Assembly: GCA_028534125.1 (NCBI GenBank) | Contig: CM052816.1 | Location: 5,954,001-6,018,000, forward strand | Direction: 5' to 3' | DNA: 64,000 nucleotides | DNA from: Lama glama | Taxonomy: Eukaryota | Shown here: one piece after another, positions 11,306 to 23,985 of the stretch | Layout: each line of letters opens with the position of its first letter | Numbering within the stretch: the first letter of the stretch is position 1 | Made by a program: the position numbers and the translations under genes | Notes under the pieces: generated by a model | The model's input: only the letters and a program-made list of their open reading frames with translations | What the model was told of the DNA's origin: nothing | The model's database searches: none

Positions 11306-13096
11306 CACACCCAGCTGAGCACGGAGGTCGCTCCCATGTTGCTGTAGCGGTGGACTACCCCGGGACCTTAAGCAAATAGGATGAAACCTGATGTTCTTTC
11401 TCTGAGATCCTTGTCATAGCAAATCTCCTTTGGCAGTTTCTGAAATGGATAGACGGTTCCGGCTGGCAGCAGAATGCAGCTGTCCCTGCATCTCAGATTG
11501 CCACACCGTCTTAAAGTTGCCCAAACTCCACCCCAATCCTGAAACACACCCAGCCTGTGTTTTGTCTTACGTAGCATAACCCTCATCCCACACTACGTGC
11601 ACCCCTTGACCACTGGAACTCAGCCTTCCCTTTGATTTTTCTCTGCAGTCTCCAGTGCAACCCAGTTATACCGAGCTACCATAACAATACTACTCCCTCA
11701 ATTCTGCAAACTTTAAACTTCTTGTAATGTCTCCGAGGAGGCCTGGACCTTTGGTTCATCTCCCAGATAAACACTCTTCTGTAGGGCCTCCGTCTTGAAC
11801 CTGTATCTTTCACTATTCCCACCAAGGTCTGCTGGGATGGAGCAGGGATGAATTCAGAGTCTCCACTGAGCTCTTGCCACCCTCTTAAACATAAGAGAAC
11901 CAAGGATTTGGGGCTGACAGCCACAGTACAGATCATTACAGGAGAGGAAGCTTAATTTCAGAAATTTCAAAAGGCTTCCCCCAGTCCCAGGGCCAGTGAC
12001 TTGAACTCCAGCCCTCAGGCTCCCAATCTGGTGTTCTATTCCACATACGATCCCACTACTCCTGGGATTCTAAAGAGAAGGCACATTTTTCAGTAACTTC
12101 ATCTCCTCTGCATTTATCATGATATTGATCACATTGCCACCAACATCCTTCCCAGGACCCTTCCTGCGTCTCTTCCATCTGAGTAGCTATTTTTTCCTTT
12201 CTGTTCTCCTCCGACCTTGGAACCTTCCAGAGATCCTGCCTTAGGTTTATCTAAATTAAATCTCTTCCCTTGACTGTTTACCAATTCCTCTAAGCTCTTC
12301 GGTCCGGTTGATAATTTCTTTCATCATCTCCCCCTGTGCTCGCAATTCTGTGTAATTTGGCAGCACCCATCAATCTGAATAATGTACAACTAGCTTCTTC
12401 TTAGGTCATTATAGATTTTAATAAACAGTGGCGATCTCATTATAGACCCCCATGGAGCTGGGCTGAGCTAATTTTTCTCTTTTTTGATATGGTGAGAACC
12501 GCTGATTTTGCCTTTGTCTTTCCCTGCTGGGAGGAGTGAGTAGGCCATGAGCCCAGATGACCCTGAGCCCAGATGCCCCATCTGGCGTCATCCTATCCAT
12601 GGACCGTTGAGTGGTGAGCAGAAGCCACTTCCCTCCAGCCCACGGCCTGTTGCCAGGGGAATCATGCTTCCGGATAATGGTCTCACTCCTCCAGGGCATC
12701 GTGTCTTGCCTGAGGCTTCAGGAACAGTGCTGGGGAAAACACTGAATGTGACTCTTCAGTATTCCACTGGGAGCAGACCTTGGGGTTCCCGCATGAGCTC
12801 ATTCCCAGCATTCGCTGCACAGTGACCTCATTGTTCCTCCATATTCCTAATTTTACTTTAAACTGTCTTCTGGGATATAGAGCAGTCTCCCCCAGCACAG
12901 TTCCATGACTCACCTCCTTCAGGCCCTGCTCAAATGTGACCTTATCAGAGGCTTTCCCTGACACCTTATTTAAAAGAATCCTGAATCCCACACGTCCTAG
13001 CCCTCCATGTTTATTCCCTCCCTCATAGCAATATATATTCTTCTTGTTTTTGTTTATTGTGCATCATTAGACTGGGTTCTCCATGGGAGCAGGTAC

Positions 13097-13327
13097 TTTT
13101 ATTTTATTTTATTTTATTTTATTTTATTTTATTTTATTGAATTGAGAGATAATTGACATATAACTTTGTATTAAGTTTAAGGTGTACAGCGTATTGATTT
13201 GACACACTTGTATATTGCAATATGATGACCACCGCAGTGTTGGTTAAAACCTCTTACACCACATAATTCGTTTTGGGGTGGGAAATAATTAAGACCCAGC
13301 CTCTTAGCAATTTTGAAATTTATAATA
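13097..13327 (-). mobile_element. L1MA-type 3' end whose tail has become (TTTTA)n
   Basis: (TTTTA)n at 13097-13138, then GAGATAATTGACATATAAC...AAGTTTAAGGTGTACAGCG...CTCTTAGCAATTTTGAAAT. Confidence 0.8.
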
Positions 13328-13653
13328 TAGTTGACCCCCGAACAATACTGGTTTGAACTGTGTGGGTCCACAACACAGTAGATTTTTTCAGTAAATACGT
13401 GTATGTCCTTTAAGTGTATTTTCTCTTCCTTGTGGTTTTCTTTTCTTACTTTATTGTAAGAATACAATATATAATACATATAACAAATATACATACATAC
13501 AAAATATGTATTAATTAACTGTGTTATTGGTAAGGCTTCTGGTCAACAGTAGGCTGTTGGTAGGTGTTTTCGGAGAGTCAAAACTTACACGCAAATTTTT
13601 GACTGCATGAGAGGTTGGTGCCCCTAATCCCCTCCTTGTTCAAGGGTCAACTA
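13328..13653 (+). mobile_element. Tigger2a-like TcMar-Tigger non-autonomous DNA transposon
   Basis: Terminal inverted repeats TAGTTGACCCCCGAACAA ... TTGTTCAAGGGTCAACTA. Internal GGTTTGAACTGTGTGGGTCCAC and GGTAAGGCTTCTGGTCAACAGTAGGCT. Inserted after a TA. Confidence 0.9.
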
Positions 13654-13999
13654 TTCAGTATTGTTTGTTTTCAGGGCAGACACTTCAGTCTGTTCTCTTC
13701 ATTGTACTCCCGGTGCCTAGAGTCACATATTTGTTGAATGAATGAGTAATTACGGAGCTGCTGTTACTGCTGCTGATTCATTCCTCACACGCAGAGAGGA
13801 CGGGACAATTTTCAGAGGGCTTCGACTTCCTTTATCTCGTTTGATTTTCATAAAAGCGTGGATTATTATCTTCATTTTCAGAAAAGGAACCTTAAGATCA
13901 GAACACAAGTCAATTCTTTCCTCCCTCCCTCCTTTCCTTCCTTCCTTTCTCATTCAGATAACCCACAGTTGAGTGCTTTGTATGTATGTGGTAATAGCG

Positions 14000-14215
14000 C
14001 ACAGCCTGTGTCAAATTCTGACTTTGTCTTCATTTCTTAAATGTAGGGATTTCAGGCACATTACTCAACTTTTCTGAAACCTTATTTCATTCTCTTAAAA
14101 GATGGGGGATACTAGTATCTGGAAGATAACAAGAGGATGAAATTAGAAATACGCAAGTACTCAGTACAGTGACTGACATGCACTAAGCTCTCAATAAATG
14201 TTAGTTGCTGATTGT
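14000..14215 (+). mobile_element. MIR SINE
   Basis: TCAAATTCTGACTTTG...GGCACATTACTCAAC...GAGGATGAAATTAGA...AAGTACTCAGTACAGTG...CTCTCAATAAATGTTAG. Confidence 0.7.
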
Positions 14216-14231
14216 ATTATCATTACATGTT

Positions 14232-14503
14232 GTCACTACCACCATCATCACCACCGTCTTGACATCTCCACCAGCACCACCACCAGCACCAGCACCACAT
14301 CACCACATGACCATCTTCACCAGGATAACACCATTGCCACCATTACAGTATCACTACCACCACATGACAGCATCACCACCATCAGAACCACCACATCATA
14401 CATCACAGCATCAGCACCTCTATCACTACTACCACATCACTGCATTACCACCACCACCACCACCACCATCACCACATCACCGTCACTAACACCCCACTTC
14501 CAC
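14232..14503 (+). repeat. Degenerate (CAC/CAT)n low-complexity tract
   Basis: Runs of CACCACCATCATCACCAC over about 270 bp. Confidence 0.9.
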
Positions 14504-16604
14504 CAGTGTGTGCCAGGCATCATATTAGGCACTATGGCTGTAAAATAAAAACAAAAGTAGAAGACAGCAGAACTATGAATTGTAACTCTATCTGCCTGAT
14601 AATAATGTCCTTAATCACTCTACTGCACCCACAAGATGTAGTGAGAGAGGGAGGTATTTCTATAACTGTTATGTTATAATGTGCTAACTGAAGAAAATAG
14701 AACGGTACTATATAAGCACACAGGATGGCCCCCCGACCAGACTTGAGGCAGAGGGAGTAGGTAAAGAAGGCTTCTTAGAGGAGGCACATGAGGCGAATCT
14801 TGGGATATGAAATTGAGTTAGTGGAGTCCTCATAACTAGCTGATGGCAGAGCAAAGATAGCTCTGGGACTGCAAGTTCACTCCACTGCATGTTCTCAGTA
14901 ACCCCTCATTCTCCAACACGGAATTGTTTTGTCTAGTCCCTGACCTCCAGTTGCTCATAAAAACTCTACTCTTGGCAAAGTGAAGCTTTCACCCCATAGC
15001 TCATGAAGAATGCTTTGCCACGTGCTGTCAGCTGCTGTCAAGCCATTCCCAACAGGATACCATTTATTATACATCTGAAGTAAGTCCATCACCACAGTGG
15101 GACAAGTCCTGCTCCACTGCAATTCCTCCAAAAAGAAGGAAGAATTGTAGTTCATGCTGATTCCACAGCTGTTCAGTAATGCACAGGAAAAGAGAGCACT
15201 TGAATGTCTCCCAGAATGTATACACATTAGAGACTATAGGAAAGACATGGTATTTTGACTTTTAGAGGTTCTGTCTCATGGTATTAGAGAAAATGAGTTT
15301 GTTCTTTGGATACTCTCCTAGATGGTCAAATGTTGGTTAATGCCACTGCCAAAACATCAAGGACTCTAGAATACACACTGCAAATGAAGCCTGGGATAGA
15401 ATGGGCTCAGGTCCAAGACTTAATTAGCAGTAGGAAGGCAGGGTGGCCCAAAGGACAGAGTAAGCTGGGCTGAAAATAAATAGGTACCAGAGATCATGCT
15501 GATGCCTAGTTCATTGATCAGAATTCTTAGTCACTGGCAGAGAGCCTGACACAGAGTAGGTATTTCCAAAATGTGGGAGATCAATCAGTAGGTCAGTGAA
15601 CCAGTTGGGCCAGTCATGGAGTCAAGGCAGAGACGTCAGGCTAGTAGACGCCCGAGGGACCGTGAAGGTTGGGTCGAGATGTTTGGTTTTCAGTCTCTAG
15701 ATGATAGCCATAAACGTTCCATCAGAAGAAGGACAGTTTTGGAAAAATGAATGTGGCAGCACAGACTCAGATCTCACTCTGGGGCATCACAAGGATGTGA
15801 AGAGTTAATCCAGTCCTACCTGGCTGCAGTCTCCTTTCTCCCCACTTGGCCATCTCAGAACTCTCCCTCTTGCGTCTCTGGTAGGGCCTCATCCAACTTT
15901 GGAAGAGGTCACACTGGGAGTTTTTGCGGATGCTTACCTGGGCAGGCTGGTCCTGCAAAGGGTGTATACTCTTAAGGCAAGGTGGGCAGAGGTAATGCTG
16001 GCACCTCTCCATGGGCACGTCTGGCTTTCCACGGGAGAAACATTCATCCCGTAGACCACAGCTGTTATCTTGCCGTCTCCACCTTCACCCTTGCCATCCA
16101 TCTGGGCTCAGCATGGATTTTCAGAGCAAAGTGAACAAAACAACCCAACATCGTATTTGCAGAGTTGGAAGGGATTGGCAACTTGCAGAGTCTGACTTCA
16201 CTGTTCAAATGGGAACATTCAAGGAGGATGATCCTGAGCCTACACTGTAAACTGGCCTAGAACCCAGACCTTGTCATCGCATCTAGAGATTCTTGTTCAG
16301 GAGAAAGTTCAAGTGGAACAAATCCCAAATCTCCCAGATTTCAGTAGGCTTCTCAGACAGATTTCCAGCATTGAGCTGTGTGAAGGTCCTGTGAGCTCAC
16401 CTAGAGCCACATTCCGACATTGTGCAGAGAACCTGCAGGCAAGGCCAGGCCTGAAGGAGGCCGAGGGTTGGGTGAGGGCTGAATTATTAGTTGCTGGGGG
16501 AGTAGACACATTTTAAAAAAGCACATCCCTCTGCCAACCTCTACTCATCTTGTGGTCTTTGCTTCATGCTGCTTCCCCTAAATCTTCTCATAGTCACAAT
16601 TTAT

Positions 16605-16690
16605 AAGCTTAAAACGTCATGAGATATACACTTTCAATGAGAGAACTTTACAGTATGTAATTTATATATCAAAAAGTCTATTTAAAAATG
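16605..16690 (+). mobile_element. Short ancient L1M 3' terminus
   Basis: AAAACGTCATGAGATATACACTTTCAATGAGAGAACTTTACAGTATGTAATTTATATATCAAAAA resembles L1MB-ME 3' ends. Confidence 0.6.
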
Positions 16691-17115
16691 ATGAAGATGG
16701 GCTTCTTCTGGGTACCATGATCAAGGAAGCACAATTCCCCCTACTCTGCATCATTTCTGAATCTTTGGGGAGAACCAGCTTACCTCCTCCGCCTCTCCTG
16801 TCAGTACTCATCCCACCACTGTTGAGTCCATCCCATCAGATCCCTCCTACATCCACAGTCCTTACCGTCCCTCAACATGCTGTGTGATGATTAAAACAGA
16901 TCAGTGCCTCAGACCTCCCAGATCCTGGTCCAGCTGTTCCCCATCATTTACTGTACCATCCTCCTGTCTCTTCTCTGCTTTGTGCTTCTGTCTTCTCGGC
17001 AACATCTGAACCATCTGAACCTTCATCATAGCACAGGGCTCATGAGGGCACAAGGTGTTAGCTGAGACTAGGTAAAAGAAGCCTTCGTTTTCCAGTGATT
17101 ATCAAAAAAACAAAA

Positions 17116-17204
17116 CAATGAGATTTTTCCTTTTGAAAATTTCACATTCCTAGTGGTGGCCTTTTCTGCTTGGAGAAGCCCCTTTAATATTTCTTGTAAA
17201 TCTG
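17116..17204 (-). mobile_element. Isolated internal L1 fragment (ORF1 C-terminus / inter-ORF region), no poly-A
   Basis: The minus strand translates as DLQEILKGLLQAEKATTRN, like the L1 ORF1p C-terminal LQE(M/I)LKGLL motif. Flanked by AACAAAACAATGA / AACAAAACAACAACAATGA. Confidence 0.7.
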
Positions 17205-19647
17205 AACAAAACAACAACAATGAAACAACCTCTTATCTTTTGATTCCTATCAACCTGCAGTTAAAAAGGCTGGAGGTACACCTGATGGATAGCTCTGGCC
17301 CCTCCATCCTCACCTCTAATTCATGACTTCACTGGCTGCATGTGCATTTGGTTGTAGCATTTATCTATCTTGAAGCCCCTGGAGTCCCTGCTTCTGACAC
17401 CAAGGCCCTCAGGCTATTATGATGTCCCTTACAGATGTGATTATAGAGGTGGACTGCTGCGGACCTAAAACACATGCAATTTATTTCTGTGAATCACCTT
17501 TCACACTAAAGACATCACAGACAGTGTTGCAGCAGCAGTGCAGAGAGGGGCCCAGGCAATAAGAAACAGAGAGCAGGAGACACAATAGCTTGACTGGGAG
17601 ACTGGAGGTGGGCAGGGAGAGGGAGAGCTGGGGGCACATGGAGAATGAAGGGTGCTCTCGCCAGCCAGGATCCCTGGGGCACTTCACCCGGAGGTTCTGC
17701 AGGGGAGAGGTCACTAGTTTTCCCCAGGGCCCTGATGTGCACAACTGGCTGTCTGGGCTGCTACAGAATTCCAGACTGGGGCTTTGCTTTGCAAAGATTG
17801 TTTATGCTCTTCTTATGTGTCAGGAACCAGGAATGCAGAGTGGAGCAGACCCCATCCCTTGCTTAATAAGTTTACAGCCTACTTGCACACACTGCCCAGG
17901 GTTGAAATTGGACAGCAGGTATCGTTGGAAGGTTTGTAGATTACCTGGTTCCCAAGAGGTCCCATTGCTTTTATTCTCCCAAGGTGCCAAGCTCATCAGT
18001 CAGGTCCATGGAAACTCTTTCTTCAAAATGGGTAGCGTTGATATTTTAATTTTATAGTTGAGGAAACTGAGACCCAGAGAAAGTAATTAACTCACCCAAG
18101 GTCTGTCTTAGCACAACTAGTATTAAAACCCAGATGCTCTGATTTTAGGGCCCTTGAACTTTAACCACAAAGGTGACTTGTCTCAGTGAGGGACTGACAA
18201 TAGCAATGGAGAAGGGAGAATTGAGTGGACATATTAAAGAGGTAGAAAAATAAGTGATGGAATGAAGCCAGATGTTTCTAAAAGGAATATGAGCATAAAA
18301 GTTAAGGTTTTTTCTCCACCATCTTGTTAGTTGAAATTTTCACTCAGCCCAGAGGATTCCAACAGCCATCGCCAAGGAAACAAGAGTGCAAACTAATGGA
18401 TTCTGTTCAACAAACTTTGCTAGGGTATCTGTTGTGTGAAAGGCACTACAGTTAGATGCCTGGGCTGGGGGAGAGGGTGGGGAGGGAAGAGAGGTGAGAG
18501 GGAGAAGACGTATGAATGAGCATGATAAGGACCTCTCCCCCCAGAGGAGCTGTCAGTCCAAGGAAGGAGGCAGTCAGGCACACAAATCTTGCCAGTGTAG
18601 GGCAGAATAATAAAGGATTTAATGGAGGGGGCCAATTCTTGTGGGTTTGAGGGTAGGAAGTCCAAGAAAGATTATTGATGGGGGTGAGATCTAAACTTGG
18701 CCCTGAGGGATGATTAAAAGTCTGAAGTGGAGAGAGGGAAGGGTAAAGAAGGAGAGAACAGGAAGGCATTGCTGGCAAACTGATCGACTTGATCTGAGGT
18801 ACAGAAGTAGGAGAGTAAAGAAGGAAGATCTGGTCAAGGTTTAGAACTCGGATGTGGGATTGTGGCAGGGTTCAGGAGGGACATGGAAGGACAAGTGTGA
18901 TGGGATAGAGTCAGTGTCTGCTGAGCCTTGAATGTTACGAGTGAAGCCTGGACGTCACCATGAGTGTAAAAAGGGGTGACATACTAGAATACATATTTCA
19001 AGATGATGATTTTGATGGCAGAAATAGGGACAGATTTGGTGGCAGGAACAGCCTAGACACAGAGGACAGTTGGGAGCTTCTGTCAGTACTGCCAACCTTG
19101 GCTGTTAGGAGGGTGACAGACTGAAAACTTGGTGGAGATCAAAGACATGAGTAGGAGGAAAAGAAGAGTCAGAAGACTCTTGGTCTCTTTCTGGGTGACT
19201 CAGTGGACTACAGTATCATCATGGAGACAGGGAATGCAAGAAGTGGACAGAATAAGATGTTGGAGGTGAAAATTATGACCTTGGATTTGGATATGACCAA
19301 GCAATGAACAGCTGGCATTTGTAGATACTTACTTACTAGTGGGAATGGCTGCTTTTCAGGTAGGTCTAACTTGAGGCCCAGAAATAAAAGCTGCTTATAT
19401 TCATATCACTCACCATACAAACACATGTCCTGAAACAGTCTGAAACATTTCTGCTCTTGTCTACCACCTATTTGTTTGGTTGGCTAGAGAATGACACAAA
19501 TACAGGGTGATAGGTTTCATTCCATCACATGTGCCACTTAACTTGCTCTTTTCAGTAGACACAGGTCACATCTCCAACCTCCATGGATCATTTCTCCAAT
19601 GGGCTAAAAGACCATCCCAATTCTTAGACATGCAATTAAATGAAAGT

Positions 19648-19670
19648 AGTGAGTGAGTGAGTGAGTGAGT
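19648..19670 (+). repeat. (GTGA)n microsatellite
   Basis: GTGAGTGAGTGAGTGAGTGAGT. Confidence 0.9.
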
Positions 19671-20869
19671 AGTGGGATTACTCTGTGCACACATCCAACA
19701 CACTAAGCCTACAGGCTATTTTTGCATCCACTCACCTGATCCTAATGACCTAGTAAAAATGGCCTATGGATATAAATTCATGTGTGACTCTCTGTCCCAT
19801 GAAGATTTGGATACATCCCACTAAAATGGATATATGGACCCAGTGAAGAAGTTGCTTGGTTCATATAGAATTTAGCATCTGCTGAGCCAAAAAGTCTTCT
19901 TGAAATGTTATTTCCAGGTATTTTTTTAAAAACTCCAATAAATATAATTATTTTCTATTTGTGAAACCATGTTATGATGTTGAATAAACTTTTTCAAATA
20001 CGTTCCTTCCCCTGAAGACATTGATATGTATCGCACAGAAGTCAGACATTTATCCAACCCCTTGTTTAAGGCCGGCCTGTGCATTAGGGTGGGGAGTTAC
20101 AACCCTGTTACACAGATGCCCAAGAATGTATACGGTGTGCCCAGGACCACAGGGCCTGTGGTGACTGTCCTGAGGCTCATGCCACAACGTGACACTGCCT
20201 GTCTGTGAGCCAGTGATGATACGTCACCATCTGTGTATTTACCAGCTACACTTCCAGGCAAGAAATCTTTATTCATCCCATTACCGAAGGGGTTTACGAA
20301 ACGAAACTAAACATGCAAGATTTTTCAAGTTGCTATTATCAAGGTTTATTGAAGCGTTTATTACTTTAGTTGGTCGTTTTGCTTTCCCCAGACATTTTTT
20401 TTCAGATTGAATTTCTAAGGAGTTTTTCCCCTATAGTTTCTGCCAGTAGATCCAGGCTGTTTTCACAGCTCCTTCTCTCCAGAGAGGCATTTATTAGTCA
20501 GTCTTTCAGCTAAACCTTCACTTGGCATCAAATACCAAAGTGAAATAACTCAACTGTTCTCCAAGACAGGCCAGCCTGCTAATTATACTCCTTGGACCTT
20601 AAGCTTCAGAGAAAAGTTAGAAACAGAGGCAAAGAGGAAAGAAGGAGCGGTTCTCTTCTCTCAAGTGACTTTGGAACAAAATTAACATTTTCAGGTTAGG
20701 GAACTTTTCCAGGGCAAGTACCAGTGTATCCCCCAAACCTTCAGAGGACTCCCTGTCACAAACCAAGTGTAGAAACACCGTGGCCTGGTGGCAGAGGGTC
20801 TCGTTGGTCAGTTGGTCAGTCCCCGTTTTCTGGAATTTGACAGGCCTTGCTTTGATTCCTGGATCTGAA

Positions 20870-21035
20870 TTTTTTTTCAGATGGTTGACCTTGGGTCCAT
20901 TAGTCAACTCTGAGCCTAGATACACTAGCCGTTTCTAGGTAGGTGTTATAATGGCACAGGTCTGAGGACTGCTGTGAGCAGTAAGTGAAATTATGCGTAC
21001 GATGTCTTTAGTAGAGTATCTAGCACCCCTATGAC
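20870..21035 (+). mobile_element. MIR SINE
   Basis: TGACCTTGGGTCCATTAGTCAACTCTGAGCCT...GGACTGCTGTGAGCAGTAAGTGAAATTATGC. Confidence 0.65.
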
Positions 21036-21069
21036 AGCTGTTCTGACTGTTGTAAACCTCTAGCCAAGT

Positions 21070-21546
21070 ATCTTCTGCCTGCTTGCTTTTTTGCCTGTGT
21101 ACACGCAGTGTTTCTGTTTAGAACGGCCTTTCCCATCACTATCACCAAGAGTAGAAATCCACCCATCCTTCAACGATCAGCTCAAATGCTCCCTCCCCAA
21201 CACAGTATCCTTCAATGGCTCCCTCCCCGAACTGGTGAGCATCTTGCTCCTTTGAGCATCGATTGGTACTGTTCTGGTTTTCTCGTGTCTTGCAGTGCTT
21301 TTATTGGAGTAAGCCATTCAGCTCTTCAAAGCACTTGAGGGTAGGTGCTTTTGCTCTGTACTGTTTATTCATTCCCACAGAGCTCTGCACTTCTGTGACT
21401 GTCCCACTACGCACACAGTCACCGTGACTGAATACCTATCTTCCCAGCAGGGACCTGAGTTGTATCCCCAGCACTTAGCAAATGGCGGGCACCCAATGGA
21501 CTTTGGTTGAAAGAATGAATAGATGAATGAGTGAATGGATGAATGA
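21070..21546 (+). mobile_element. L2 3' region
   Basis: CATCCTTCAACGATCAGCTCAAATGCTCCC...TTGTATCCCCAGCACTTAGCA...GAATGAATAGATGAATGAGTGAATG tail. Confidence 0.65.
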
Positions 21547-23231
21547 AAGCTTCTTTCAGCCCTCTTTTTGTATCCTACAGTGCCCACCAAATGGTAGGCC
21601 CTCAGTCTTTTTGTTTTTTCATTATGTGCTTTGGAAGGATTCACAAACTCAGGTGCCTTTGGGAACCATATGGGCAACTAGTATGAGTGAAAAAAGCCTG
21701 GAAATTGTACAACATGGAAGACCAAGTGCAGTAGCTAACTGTAAGAGAAGTACATTCCTCTGCTAAAGGAGCCCACTTGCAGCTTTTTAAAGACACTGCT
21801 GGTTAAGCAGAAACATGTGCATGGGACAGATTACTCTTGCTGTCCAGTTTTCCACTTTGTTTATGACCTTTGTACTGTGAGGTGAGTGAGGTCTTTGACC
21901 CACGATGCTTAGAAACTTATATCAAATGGACGTAGAGTTCATTTGTCAGTAGGTGGGGAGCATATGTATGGTGTATCTCTTCTGTCCTTTTGGGCCTCGT
22001 CTCACCTTTATAAAAGCCTCTCCTGAAGTTCATGAGAATCTTCAACTATATTCCTGTCCAAATTTGCTTCTGTGTAAACTCTCAGATGGACAGCAAATTA
22101 CAACTTTCTCAAACTCAGGTAGAGACAGCCACTAAATAATTCTTGTATTAGACCTTTCTAGGGGAACTTGCCAGTTAAAAGTATCAATTCCTTCAACTAA
22201 ATGGGGTGAAGGTAGTCATAGGGAGAATTGAAGCCAGGAGAACAGGGAAATCTAATCATGGGAAATCTTAGCGACTGGGAAGTTTTCACAGTGTGTATCT
22301 CTCCAATCACATCACATACCAAAGCCCCACCCTCGAAATGAACTCTATTTCCTGCAGTGAGAACAGATCAGGGCTAAATGACCTTCAGGACTCTATAAGA
22401 ATCAGGAATGAAACAGATCAACGCACCTGGCAGCAGGCTTCACAGAGGTGTTTGGTAAAGGTGAGGGCAGGGGAAGAAGTGTTGGAAATGGATTCATTTT
22501 CCACAATTAGGTTTCCATTCAGAGGCTGGCATTTTGTATCTTGTGGCAGCCCTTCCATGTCTGTTCAGAGCTCATAGACAACTGTGGGTCCAGCACGTGT
22601 AAAGGCCCATGTTTAAAAGCAGTGACCCCCCACTTCTCCTCCCTTGTGCCATCTTATGGAGGGACCCCCAAGCCTGTAGGGCAGACCTGCCAGGACCAGT
22701 GGACCAGAAAGTACTGGCAGATTCTCCCCACACCGTCACGCATCCTGTGTGATGCATAACCCATTGATCCCTGGTGAAGAACTGGGAAGGAACATGAAGG
22801 TCAGAGGCCCAGCTCTAACACTACCTGTGTGTGGACCAGTCCTTTCCCCTTTCTGGGCCTCAGTCTGTTTATCTGTCTTAAATACTGGGCTGGGAGAGTG
22901 GGGTGGATTTGAGCAACTGTAAGCTCTGAGCCTTCACAATTCAGGGTTTTCTAGCTAGGCTGTCTCTTCTGGAATATAAACAGGGGATAAAGGATTTTAG
23001 GATGTTAGGGCTTTAGGGATATCTCAGGAGAAATATGAAACCTCATTTTGGTTCAGAGTGTAAGTGTTCATCTGGTCCTAAACTGGCATCATTTTGAATA
23101 ATCTGATTTTCCAACACAACGGCTTAGTGATCTTCCACTCTCTTCTGACCGTTCAACTTCGTCTTTTCTCCTGGTAGCCAACACTTCCCAACACTCATGT
23201 ACATACAGATGTACTCACGACCATACACCTG

Positions 23232-23267
23232 CACACACACACACACGCACGCACACACACACACACA
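23232..23267 (+). repeat. (CA)n microsatellite, interrupted by CG
   Basis: Read directly from the sequence. Confidence 0.95.
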
Positions 23268-23539
23268 ATGTCTATTCCTGCCTCCGAGCCAACCCCACTG
23301 ACCCCTAACTTGGAAAGCCCGCCGACTTCCAGACACATACTTCTCATGCTGCAAACATAGAAAACTTTTCCCTGACTGCCCCAGCAGTTTTCCCCCTCCT
23401 CTGAATGCTTCTCAGACTCATAGTTCAGATATCCTATGGCTTGCAGCCTGGTCTGAGTTTTTACACCGATCCGTATTCAACCTCTAAGGTGCTCGAAGAC
23501 TTGGCCTCTGTTTGCCCCAATGATCGCATCACCTACCAC

Positions 23540-23985
23540 CTTCCCCCTTGTTTTGCTCAGTGCATTTCAGCCACATGAGCCTTCTTTCTAGTCTTCGAAT
23601 GCTCCAGGCCTGTTCCTGATTCAGAGCCATGCCCTTGCTACCCCTGGCCTCCAGATCTTTACATGACTGACCACTTCTCTTTATAGACCCCTCAACTCGT
23701 CACCACCTCACTCCCTGACCACCCTTCCTAAATGGATAATTTTCCTCTCCTGTTCGACTCTCTCCCATTCCTTTTACCATTTCTCCTAGCACTTAATCAC
23801 TACCTGAGGTTTTTTTTATCGATAGGTTTATCTACAATTTCTCTTTATCCCCATCCACCCCTAGGAGACTATAAGCATCAGGGAACAGGAGGTTGCCTTG
23901 ATCATCTCTCAACTCCTAATTTCTAGAGCAGTCTGCAGCAAGTTGTGGGTGATTCATTTATTTTTTAAATAAATGAATGAATGCC
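23540..23985 (+). mobile_element. L2a-type 3' end
   Basis: CAGCCACATGAGCCTTCTTTCTAGTCTTCGAATGCTCCAGGCC...CCCTGACCACCCTTCCTAAA...AAATAAATGAATGAATG. Confidence 0.75.

Larger units (their letters stand above)
12880..13748 (+). mobile_element. L2 3' end, split by an L1MA/Tigger insertion
   Basis: CTGCTCAAATGTGACCTTATCAGAGGCTTTCCCTGAC...CTCCATGGGAGCAGG resumes after 13670 with CCCGGTGCCTAGA...ATATTTGTTGAATGAATGA. Confidence 0.75.

Noticed and set aside
14198..14548. His/Thr/Pro-rich ORFs
   Set aside because: These are translations of a CAC/CAT low-complexity tract lying between repeat tails.
17590..18057. Longest non-repeat ORF (155 aa)
   Set aside because: Non-ATG start, no recognisable family, and a length compatible with chance in 64 kb read in six frames.
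19345..19366. Recursive-splice-like TTTTCAG/GTAGGT
   Set aside because: The pyrimidine tract is short and similar AG/GT motifs occur elsewhere in the window by chance.
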